DNA of 64,000 nt from Tubiluchus corallicola (taxonomy: Eukaryota; Animalia; Priapulida). The notes under the pieces were generated by a model. That model was not told where the DNA came from, made no database searches, and saw only the letters and a list, made by a program, of their open reading frames with translations. The stretch covers positions 62,001-126,000 of the forward strand of contig JAQGDQ010000248.1 in assembly GCA_030141605.1 (NCBI GenBank), read 5' to 3'. Made by a program: the position numbers and the translations under genes. Shown here piece by piece: positions 14,001 to 25,181 of the stretch. The stretch's first letter is position 1. Every line of letters starts with the position of its first letter.

Positions 14001-16915
14001 CTTTTGATAGTGATGAGGTGACATGAGTCGAACTGTTCTCGCAAACTGCGTTCATAATGAAGTTTAATAAACAATAAATATATCAAAAACTTTATCAATT
14101 TTGGTATGTCGGTCCAGTACGAGCTTCGTCAAGTAGTGCCGAAGCCCAGGAGAAAATGGCGGTTATGATTCAATTGTCAATGCAGAGTTGTGAATAAAAA
14201 AACACAGTTTAATTTTGATTTTTGTGATCGTTAATGCTCTTTGAGTGTTCTGCAAAATTATGGAAACTGTCACACATTTAAATAAACTTTCCTGAATTGT
14301 GAAACTAATTGTTCCATTCCTTGAATTAACAACTAATTGTCCCTTATCTTGAATTAACAACTAATTGTCCTTAATCTTGAATCAATTTTAGGTCGGCTAA
14401 TTAATGGTGTTCTGCCCAGACGTAGTCTTTATTTTGGTACCCCATGTGTCGCTGCTTTTGCCCAAGATATCCAAGTAACTGCTGCATTCACGCATGAGGT
14501 TGCCACACCGTCATGAACCAAAGTCAGGCGTCAAGAGCTAGGAAGCTCCCCCAGTGGAACCCGGGAGGGGGAGCACCAGTTTTTATAAGTTTTTTCAAAA
14601 ACTAAAATCAAGAAATTCAAACTAAAAAGTAGTGAAAAATCTTGATTTTAGACTCCAAAATGCCCTAAATGTCTAAAACTTACAAAAGTGCAAGCAGTGT
14701 ACATCATTTTCTGTAGTTTCTTCCCTGTCACATTACTCACATTTTTTAGGCTTCTGGGATGGGATCAGCTTAGCAATTAAATTATTAAGCACTTTATGTG
14801 CTGTGAATTAAAGCTAAAGCAGGCCTAATCAGAAGTGGCGGCAACCCTATTCACACGTGATACATTATAATGCCTTATGTGAACTTAATTAGCTTTCGAA
14901 TTGTTGCTTTGTGCAGGTGGATGCTATCAAGGTGCATCCTGACTATGCGAAAAACGAGACCAGAAGTTTTAAAAATGACATTGGCCTCATTAGAATGAAC
15001 AGTCCCATCGAGTTTGATAAAGACGTTCAACCTACGTTACTACCACGTTGTCATGAGAATCACTACAGTAATGAAACAGTTGTAATAGCAGGATGGGGCA
15101 CTCGAGATCCAGGTAATTTACAGGTTAATGAAAGAAGAAAAGAATATTTCGACTATATGGGATAGCTAGCTTTGACTGCTTGTTGTCAGTAGTCGCCATT
15201 TATGCATGAAATAGTCCCCCCCATTTAAGGATAACTTTAATTTGTGTCACAGGAAGCCGAAAAAAATGTTAACTTTTCCCTCATTTTTGTTGCTTTTCAC
15301 AAATTTATGTTCGTTCCATAAATGCAATATTAGGAACGTGTCTGGAATTGCAAAAGTTATAGTTATGCATAATTTAGAATGTTTGGTGTAGTACGTTCGT
15401 TTAATTTTTTGGAAGGCCTGCTGATTTGTGATTAATGGATAAAATATTTCATCAGATTTTTATCAAAAAAGTTGTGCCAGAACATCTTTTGCTTTAACAA
15501 ACGATTTTTGTCGCATTTTTTGAACGTCTTGCAAAGTTGCACAATTTATGATACAGAATTAGGCTGTACGAATCAAAAATCTCACCTTTGAGAAATAATA
15601 ATTTGTATTTAATTCTTAGATAAAAACTCACATTGCTCTTTACGTAGCCACAAACAGCTAGCCCGTAAAATATTTTAAAATAATTAACGAGTCTGTTCGT
15701 TTAAAACAATTAAAGCTATTTACGAGTTTATTCTGATCTTCAGTCCTAACGAGCTGCCGCCTGCCGGTCGTGTGCCAACTCATCTACTGCCTTGGGGAAA
15801 AAGGAAATAAGGAACCAACACAGCTAACTGACGCTTGTAATAACTGACTTTCCTATTTATATATATATATGGTTCTTTTTTCAAAGTTAGATTTGGATGA
15901 TACGCCAAAGAACTTACAAAAGGTGACATTGTCAATTAGCACTTTGGGGGACTGTCAATACTATGATGAGATTTTCACAATTTGCGCATATAAGCCAGGA
16001 CGGAGCGCTTGTTTTGTAAGTGTAGTAAAACTACTTTATTGAAAGAGTATTAATGGCAGCTAGCCCTATATAAATACTTAACTGCAAGGTTATAAGCAAA
16101 TACAACAATGTTCAAGAAAATGCATTTATTAAAAATAAATAAAATTGACATTTAAACTGTTTAACGTAAGACGAATGTCAAAAAAGCTTTATACTCTGAA
16201 AAAGCTGATATCCTGGTTATAGACAGAAAACGAAAACGTCTAAGATGGTTTAAAGTGAGCATCATCGAGTGAATCAACTTTTTTCATTGGAGGAGGTTTA
16301 ACCCATTTCGGCACTTTTTCATGAAAATGACGTAAGACGAAGCAATGTCTAATCTAGATATGTTATTGCAGAAATTTTCAAATTCTTTTAGCCTATAACT
16401 AGGCAATTATAGAATGTTTTGAGATTTTGTTCATTACTACGTGACATTTGAAATTATATGCTTATATATTATACATCTATAATAGAGTATTATTCGTTTA
16501 AACCAATAAAGAAAGGCTTGTTTGGCAAAATCGTGCAGCACAAATGAACTATTTCACAATGACGTGAAGTTTGGCAATAACGTAGCTTATTTATTGTGTT
16601 TTATTACATTTTGTGCATTCACAGGGTGACTCAGGTGGTCCATTGATACTGAAAGCAACAGGAGAACAAATTGGAGTTATTGTTGGAGACAGATTGACTA
16701 ATGTTGCCAAGGCTAGTTGCAATATTGGCACTCTATGTGTAAAAGTTTCTTATTATCTAGACTGGATTGAGGACGAACAGTTTTATTATGAAAGTTCAAG
16801 GGTTAGGCCAAGTCTGTATGGTACAGCTTCAAAATGTTACCTGACTTTATTTACAATAATTACCGTTGTTGCATCTGTACGTTTCGGTTTGTGGGCAGGT
16901 ACAGAGTTAAAGTAA
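11013..16915 (+). CDS. S1 family (chymotrypsin-like) serine protease, copy 2, complete (337 aa): signal peptide, pro-region, R|IIGG activation site, C-terminal hydrophobic tail
   Basis: Exons 11013-11184 (MAHNIVTVFVLYCTSWLVFVA), 11324-11391 (SRIIGGEDVVGREFPFV), 12047-12135 (CGGTVLNERWVLTAAHC), 12915-12987, 14917-15112 (NDIGLI), 15891-16015 (RSACF), 16625-16915 (GDSGGPL...stop). Total 1014 nt, all phases consistent. Ser at position 189, so not trypsin-like. Confidence 0.94.
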
Positions 16916-17519
16916 AGCTATTCCACATATAAATTTGGCTATGTAAATTTATGTTGCAATAATTGCAATGTTCACTGGTAAATCTGTGTTTTCAAAATCT
17001 CTTCAAAATAGTTCTAAATCATCCATTGAGGTATGTGTGTACCTTGATTATCGTACTCCCGTTTGTATTACCAGAATTTCCAAACAAACAATGAGTGCGT
17101 TCAATAACAAATTTACTGTTAACCTTACTACCAGTGATATAACCGCTTTATTTTTTAATTAAAAGGAGACATACAGATGTATTTTTCATATTTAAATTCA
17201 TTGTATCCTGATGAGCCTGTATCCCAAGAAGAAATTGATGGCTTTTTTTATTGTGTTTGGAGGTCTAAGAAGCGGTATTTTAATAACTACCTTCTTCGTT
17301 CAGGAAGCCAATTAATGTTGAAGTAAAAAAGAAATGAAAATAAGTGATGTACAATCCTTGAAACGATATTTCCAATGGCAGGGCAGAAGTACCGATCAAG
17401 CGAAAGATCTCAATATACAGTTTTGACGGAACATCATATAAAAAACGTCCTCGTGGGTATGGGTGAGGCCTAGGAGGGAAATGTATAACTCCATAAAGAG
17501 GAGAGATAGGGCTACACAA
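11898..17519 (+). repeat. Tandem segmental duplication, copy 2 (matches 1-5431)
   Basis: Direct alignment by eye. Several indels (e.g. extra sequence at ~13447-13507 and 13604-13700). Ends at a (CAAGG/CAAGA)n microsatellite. Confidence 0.97.
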
Positions 17520-17571
17520 GACAAGACAAGGCAAGACAAGGCAAGGCAAGGCAAGGCAATGCAAGGCAAGG
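17517..17571 (+). repeat. (CAAGA/CAAGG)n pentanucleotide microsatellite
   Basis: Direct reading; sits at the duplication breakpoint. Confidence 0.9.
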
Positions 17572-20109
17572 CCTAAGACTTTTGAATTTACACACATAAT
17601 ACTATAGAATAATTCTTTAAGATTATAAACACTATATTGAGAGGGGGTAGTGAAAGACCATGAAGTCACCTTCATACTAATTTGGTTAATCGAGTGACAC
17701 TATTAGCAGCTTGTTGCGAGACATAATTATGTAATAAATATAAGTATTATATATTTATAATAAAATTGTGTTAGTAACTAAAGAAAGATGTTTTTGTTAA
17801 CTTTAATTTAATTAAAATTACTTGAAGCCTTTTTAGTGTATGTAAAGTAACGGATAAACCAAAATGAAAATAACTTACACAATTATAATAGACATAACAC
17901 AGTAGTACAAGACTTTAACAGTTGACAAACTGGCAATGCAAACAGGTCATAAATCAATCAATCTCAGTTTCACAAATCACAAACAACTACATGATAATGA
18001 TTATAAATCTAGTTATATATTTATTATTACACACAGCGTTATTATTTTTAAAACTGAATTTTCGTTATAGACTAACAGTAATATATTAAACTAACGGTTA
18101 ACATAGCATATTAAAATAAGGATTTTGTAAGCTGTTAAGATAAGAAAAGAAGTCATGCAATAAGGCATCATTTAAGTAAATTATACTATGTTGATCCCAC
18201 ATCTTTAATACAATATGCTGCAAGAAAAAAACTGGGAAATGTACGGCAACATTAGAAAGTTTGAGATGTCTAGTCCTGGATTGACAAAAGTGTGCTGTTG
18301 AGTTATTCTTTTACAACGCAGCCCGGAATTAGTAAAATACTTTTAGTTCAGTGAATACTGCGATTCTATTTTCAAGTATATTGATTTTTGTTTTTGTTGC
18401 TAGTATGACATGACTTCACAATGTAATGCAATTCTTATTCTAAAAACATGTTTTCAGCCACCTAAATGCTGATTATTTTTAGAGAAAAGAATTAATATGC
18501 TGAGATCATCAAAATAAAGATTTTGTGAATGCGAAGCTAATTTAATTTTTAACAAATTTCTACTACAATCAAATTAGTATAAATTTTTGCTCCAACGAAA
18601 TAGTGTCACAAAACACCACCAATAATACGTTTACCTACACTCAAACATCGTGTCGTTCTGTTCATTGTTCCTGGAACTAACTGACTTGACACTGAATCAA
18701 GCTCGTGTGTCGTAACGAGTGATTTTGATCCAAGGTATTCGATGCAATCATCGTGATCTTTGTGACTGTGGTCATTACGAAACTTTGGTATTTTACCTTT
18801 ATTACTTGCATAGCCACTGTTTGTTCTGTTGTGAAAATGAACGACGGTAAAGAATGACAACAAAGAAGCAAGAACGATAGTTTTTGTAACACGATTTGCT
18901 TTAGACATCACGGAATCAAAGTAACAGTATGAGCTTTCTTTCACTTCATCGCCATAAACTCCACTACGCGAGCACACCAGTAAAAGTCACACACCAATTT
19001 AGCAAAGCGTTTGACTGGCTATTGCCCTTCTTACCCTTCGACACTTAGGGCGTGTGGAAAATGGCGAACGGAATTGCTGACAGATAATTTGAAAAAGTCA
19101 AAAAATTTCCGATTTTTTTTCGCAAAAACCTATGCAGCAAGAAAAATCATTTCACACAACATTGTATGGTCAGTTGAGAGATAATATACGGAGAAATTAT
19201 ACCGTTAAGCTAGGGACACTCGCTAAGTTATTAGCATTGCTGCAGGCCTCGATTACAAAAAAAGGGTTGTTAACCCTGTTTAACTTCTTATAAGTCTCTT
19301 ATGTACAAAATACAATAAATAATATTAGTTAAGGTATTATCAAATCTGCAAAATATATATTCAGTATACTTTTCAGTACATATATCAGTACCCTGGAGAG
19401 TTTTAACACAAAATTACACGAAACCTGATAAAAAAATATAAAATTTATATCATAGACATCAAAATTAATCAAATTTTTACAACAAAATCCCGCAATACTG
19501 CATTTATAAAAAGATTTATTTATAATGATGATATTTTGAGAACTCACTGTAATGAGGTTCTTTGCTTCAGATCTGACAGTGAGAATTAGTGGGTTCTCGT
19601 AACGTCTTAATTTTTACAGACGTTTTCTTGTGGGATTTTGGGTAAAACCGTTTACGTCTAGTAATTAATCACCACTGTTCGCCAGGTATGAAAGTTCTAA
19701 CAAACGAGCGTTCTAACGAAGTAATAACAGTTGGCTAAAACTTGCCTATAGGCTAAGCTGAGGTTGTTCCTCTTTGCTCCCTTTGCTTCCGACTCACTCG
19801 CCCACTTTTACGGTTCCAGATGGCAATGGCCACTTACAACCACACTTGCGATATCAGAACCAATCACATATCACTTCCAATACTGCAACAAAAACAATAA
19901 AAAAAATATTTTTAATCTTACGTCAGCTAGGTATTGAGTTTTGTAAATAGCCAAGCTAACACAATAGAAAGTAATCCCTGGAAGTAAACTACGAAATGAA
20001 AGTTATCGTAAGCTGCTAGTACCTATTAGGTGCCATTCATCGCATATATTAATTCTGCTGGTATTGTTATATATATATATATATTGAGCTGGTATTGTTA
20101 TATATATAT

Positions 20110-20590
20110 GATATGTATATAAGATTCGAGGCTACAGCTTGGACGACGGCACCATTTGCGGCGATCTATACATCAAACGAAAGGTCTCTATCTAGTGTCG
20201 TGCCATTGATGGTTTATTTTTCGAACCGGGCCTACCGGGAAAAACCTCCAAAAGTGGCCATCTTTCAAAACTTATACGTCTAACTTCTGGAGAACGGGAA
20301 TGGGTCATGGGTGGTGCTGGCTATGGATAGATAGCCCGTTCAACGGTGGGTGTAGCTGCTGTAGCAGGTGTATTTAGAATTCGCGAGAGGGCCACGGTGT
20401 CCCGTAACGGGAGTTTTCCCGGACGCAAAGCCATTGTTGTGACGTCATCCATTATACTCTGCCTATAACTTTAATTCAGTAAAAGCTGCTGCTGCTGGCT
20501 TTGCGTTATAAATGGGGACTGTGTAGAATGTTCGCGTATTATTGATTATAAGTGTATTTATAAGCAAATTTTTTGCGGGGCCTTTGCTAG
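20110..20590 (+). mobile_element. Non-autonomous Helitron-like element
   Basis: Starts in a TA-rich tract and ends with GC-rich GCGGGGCCTTTG followed by CTAG|T, the typical Helitron 3' terminus. A second copy of the 3' end lies at ~21771-21900 on the - strand. Confidence 0.6.
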
Positions 20591-20635
20591 TCTATATATT
20601 AACTTCGCTGGTATATATATATATATATATATACT

Positions 20636-20893
<258 letters not shown>

Positions 20894-21770
20894 TTCCTTC
20901 ACATTGAGCTTTTGACCTGTCTTTTGTTCTTTCGTATGAGTGTTTTCAGATTTAAAAGCGACCCGGCATTAATGTAAAAACATTTGAAGAATTTTAATAA
21001 TAAAAGGAAATCAGTAATTTACAATTTTTGCCCCTTTCAAATCTACTCATCATCTTTCGTTTTTTGCAACATCGTGCTACTGTATAGCATTGAAAATGTT
21101 GATGTAGTATGTGGTAAAAAACTGGGCTCTGGACGTTGCATTTATCAAGTGCTTGTGTATTTTAGACAGCGTACTTAAAAATCTATAGTGAAGGATTTGT
21201 TTTTTCAAAATTTATTTGTACACAATGCAACAAATTATCAATTCAGTACCATGAATAAGGACAAAAAGCAATGTCGATATCGACAAAAGTCAGTCAATAT
21301 TGGTAACAGTGAAAACTTCTACATGGGTCAAAGACTTTACACGGCAATTCGTTTGCATTGATTTCATAAGTACTGTTTACAAGCTCGCAGTCAAATGAAA
21401 CAGATCCAAATGAACATCAGTTAGCACCAAGTGCAATCAAATGTTTTAGTTACTTAGAAACTAGGTCGCATGTTTGCCGGTTTAACCAGATTTTTTTCCT
21501 GTATCATTCGTTACTTAAAACAAAACTCTGACAAAGTTTTGATAAAGGTGTCAAACATTAAACAGCAGCTATTCGCATTAATGAAAAGGCACCGTGGCTT
21601 ACCTTTTTTTCTATTTGTAGTAAACACAGAATATACCAAGTTCCTAATTTCCAAATGTAATAATTTTTATTAAAACAAAGGTAATAATAATCATAAGAAA
21701 TTTTAGCAATAGAAGCGTTTAAAAGCAAAACATGAATGCAGAAAATATCTATTTGCCGCATTAATTTTAA

Positions 21771-21900
21771 CTAGCAAAGGCCCCGCAAAAAAAATTTGCG
21801 TATAAATACACGTATAATCAAAAATACGCGAACATTCTATCTAGTGTTTGTTTACTTGCCTAACAAAAACCCAGCAGCAGCAGCTTTTACTGGATTAAAC
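21771..21900 (-). mobile_element. Helitron-like element 3' end, inverted relative to 20110-20590
   Basis: Reverse complement matches 20523-20591 (TAGAATGTTCGCGTATT...GCGGGGCCTTTGCTAGT) and the AAAAGCTGCTGCTGCTGG block at ~20481. Confidence 0.6.
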
Positions 21901-22307
21901 TGAATTTTACTTCTTGGGACGTAGCAGATGGGCAACCGGATAATTACGGCGATGGCGAAAGCTGCGCCATCCTGCGGGCAAATGGGAACACGTGGAATGA
22001 CTTCTCGTGTGATACAGCAAAATTTCCATATATTTGTGAATCCTAGGCGACAAGCTAGATTACTTATCACGGAAATCCGAATTTTTGTCCTTTTTTAAGT
22101 CGTTGACCTCCGTTCTTGAAAAAGAAAAAAATCGAATGGATATAGGCTAATATTAAACATGTTTGTATACTGTTGTTACTGATTTGTATACTGATTATTA
22201 ATAAACGAAACTTAGTGTGGATTTTACTGGTATTTGATGACAATTTCTACGCATTAGTACATGTTCGTATGTAGCAAGTTTGCAATTCTTGTATATCACT
22301 GGCAGGT

Positions 22308-22443
22308 GCTTATACACGACTACGGCGTTGAAAATACCGGTTGTTCAAATTACGTTGATGACACCGGTTCTCGTCTGATCACCGAAGTAAAGTAATGTCG
22401 AGGCGGGTTAGTACTTGGATGGGTGACCACTGGGAAAACCAGG
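22308..22443 (+). pseudogene. 5S rRNA-derived sequence (5S pseudogene or SINE3-like head)
   Basis: ACGTTGATGACACCGGTTCTCGTCTGATCACCGAAGTAAAG...GGTTAGTACTTGGATGGGTGACCACTGGGAAAACC matches metazoan 5S rRNA including the box A/IE/box C region. The 5' part is duplicated and the 3' stem and poly-T terminator are missing. Confidence 0.85.
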
Positions 22444-22450
22444 AAAACTA

Positions 22451-22586
22451 GTAAGTAGGTAAGTAAGTAGGTAAGTAAGTAGGTAAGTAAGTAGGTAAGT
22501 AAGTAGGTAAGTAAGTAGGTAAGTAAGTAGGTAAGTAAGTAGGTAAGTAAGTAGGTAAGTAAGTAGGTAAGTAAGTAAGTAAGTAA
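22451..22586 (+). repeat. (GTAAGTAGGTAA)n tandem repeat tail
   Basis: Direct reading; abuts the 5S-derived head. Confidence 0.95.
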
Positions 22587-23289
22587 GAATCATCAGTGAT
22601 TACATTGTGTTCTTTATAGTGTCGGCGTTTAAATCAGACGCAACAAAATCTCTCCATTCTGGACTACTTCATTCCGTCACAACCAGCACATTTGAATACA
22701 AGTTTTACAAGCATTTTCCGACTACGCAGAACAATTAATTTAATAGGACAGTCAACATGAGAACCTGCGTCATTTGCTAAAAAAAACATGTCTGGAAATA
22801 CTAATTACAGCCAAGAATATTATTTCGTCTGACATAGGTTTAGAAAATTAATCATGTATAGACGATATGTGAATGGACTAAGTGAATTAATTATGGTTAT
22901 TCGGCTAGTTTCAGTAAAAGCAAGGCTTCAAGTTTGCACCTTAATTACTATCATGTTCGTCTGGCTGAGTTTTGTTAACTGCAATAATCGCAGTACGTCC
23001 TTTCACAATCGTCGGTTCATCACATTTAAGTCGCGTTTTATAATTCTACAGCGTATAATTACAGTCTGTAGTGTAAGCCATTCATTCAGTCATTCATTTA
23101 GTGTGACGTTAATTGTTATTGCTACATTTATTGAAAATCGAATCGACTAGGATTCGATTGGTGACGAGTAAGAAAGACAAAGAAGAAAGTCGCAGGAAAA
23201 AGTCACAATTAATTTATGGTGGTCGGAAGAAAGTCTCAATTTTGCCTAGGAAAGAAGTTCAGCTAATCAAACAAAAATGTTCCAGTCAA

Positions 23290-23870
23290 TCACAATTTAT
23301 TTAAGTGCCATAAACAATTAAAGTAATAAAACAGATACTATTTTAAACCACTGATTAACTGGCAATACATGTCTTGTTTGACCATTTTTTATTACAGACA
23401 CTAAAATCTGTGCTTCTAGCCACAAAGCTGATTTTAATAATTTCGGCATTGTGACCAAAGCTACAAATAACTGGGACTTATTAATAAAAGAATGTTTATC
23501 TATGTACCCTAATAAGCCTTCTCTTAATGTACGAAGCAGTTCAATTCCTTTAACTTTGTTTTGAAAGACTTAGCTGTTTGTTACTGTAGCAATTTATTTT
23601 CCTCATGCCTGCTTAATCATTACCTATATGGCTTTTGTGAATACATACTTAGTGCATAAGTTACTGTATCAATTTCTTTACTGGTCTGCTTATTCACTGT
23701 CTATTTGGGTTCTGTTAACTACTTAATTAGTGCAGAATAGGCTCTGCCTTTTTCTTTATAAACTGGTTGTGTGTTTGTAAATTTGCCACTGATGATGACA
23801 GCAGCAATCTGCCGAAAGGTTTGGCACGATTTTAACTTAACTTTGTAAAGTAAAAGTTTTAATAAAGTTG
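23290..23870 (+). mobile_element. Penelope-like element remnant (GIY-YIG C-terminus plus pLTR with hammerhead-like motif)
   Basis: ~23405-23565 translates to ICASSHKADFNNFGIVTKATNNWDLLIKECLSMYPNKPSLNVRSSSIPLTLF*, typical of the PLE endonuclease C-terminus. A CTGATGA...CGAAA motif lies downstream at 23784-23826. Confidence 0.7.
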
Positions 23871-25181
23871 TATTGACAAATTTTTTATATATGATGGCAT
23901 TTACATGATTGTGAAAAAAATCATGTTCAACATCTTAGGATTAGTGTTAGGGTTGGTATTAGGGTTAGGATTATGTGTTCCTGTGACTTTTTCTGTCACA
24001 TTTACTAATGACTTTTTACCTGGATTCGTTGATTATGGCCGCTAGATTGTTTTCCTAAAAAATAATCTGAAACTGTTTCAGAAATCAATTGTAGGCTTGC
24101 ATGTTGTTATATAACATTATATATTAAACGAACATTAATTTGGAAAAAAACTCATGTTCATCTCCCTGAGTTTTGTTAACTGTAGTAAGCGCAGTTCGTC
24201 CTTTCACAACCACTCACACTCATTCTTTAGCGGATGCATTTGTAGTTCAGTAATAAAAAGGTTGTATAGTATTATACAAGGCGAATGAGGGTGCTCTAGC
24301 AAAGCACTCCTCTAAAGCCTGTTGCAATTATTAACACTGCGCGACTGCACCAGCCTCATCGTCATCGTCACTACTGTCATCATCGTTAGCGCTGCCACCA
24401 GCATCCATCATTCCACTCAACCGGAACCCTTCCACATAAATTATATTTAAACAGCTCAAGCATTTCGAATGACATAATGGCAATAAAACGTCACTGAATA
24501 AAGCAGTGGCATTCACGAAAGCAGCAACAGCAACAGCAGTGGTGACGCTGATGAAAGCAGTACGACCAGAAGCAGCAGCAGTAGCAGCAACAGGTTGATG
24601 CTGAAAAAAGCAGCAGCAACAACAAGAGTGATAACAGTTTGTGACGACGATAAACGAACAATGAAAACGACGACGACGATTAATATGACAATGATTAAAC
24701 AAATAATAAGGCACAATAAAACAGGCTTGGCAAGAGGCTAACAGCATTGTGTATTTCGTATCTGATTTTTTGCTAAAAACTAATTAAGTTGAATACAAAA
24801 TATATACAACTGAATATATATATTTATTTATTTATTCTCCCTACAAATATTTATATGCGTTACAGTTTTTAAAATTAATGTTATTCATTTTTCTTTCTTC
24901 CTTCTATCCTTTCATTCATTCATTCATTCATTCATTCTTTCTTCCTTTCTTTTTTTCTTTTCTTTCGATGTTTCTTCCTTTCTTTTGTTCTTTCTTCCTT
25001 TCTTTCTTTCTCTCATTATTACCTAGTCACTAAAAGAACATGCACTCATTATTCATCGTCCAATAAAAAGAATTGAATTCAACCTAACCAGAATTACATT
25101 CTTATAATCTTACATACTTTCTTTAGCCTATTCTCGACTTACTGCTACCTTATTTTTCATAGCAAGTTAGGTAAATGGTTA

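Noticed and set aside
18606-19080. 123 aa minus-strand ORF ending RIIGGVL, possibly a protease-like or terminal exon
   Set aside because: IIGG is followed almost immediately by a stop, there are no catalytic motifs, and I could not link it in phase to nearby acceptor-like sites (~19075, ~19882).
22308-22443. Functional 5S rRNA gene
   Set aside because: Duplicated 5' segment, no terminal stem pairing and no oligo-T terminator.
22451-22586. Regular 12-bp repeat as a CRISPR array or a cluster of splice donors
   Set aside because: No spacers and a eukaryotic context; it is a simple tandem repeat.
24331-24747. 138 aa minus-strand ORF with poly-A/C/D tracts
   Set aside because: Low-complexity trinucleotide-rich sequence downstream of the orphan gene's stop; likely 3' UTR or intergenic.
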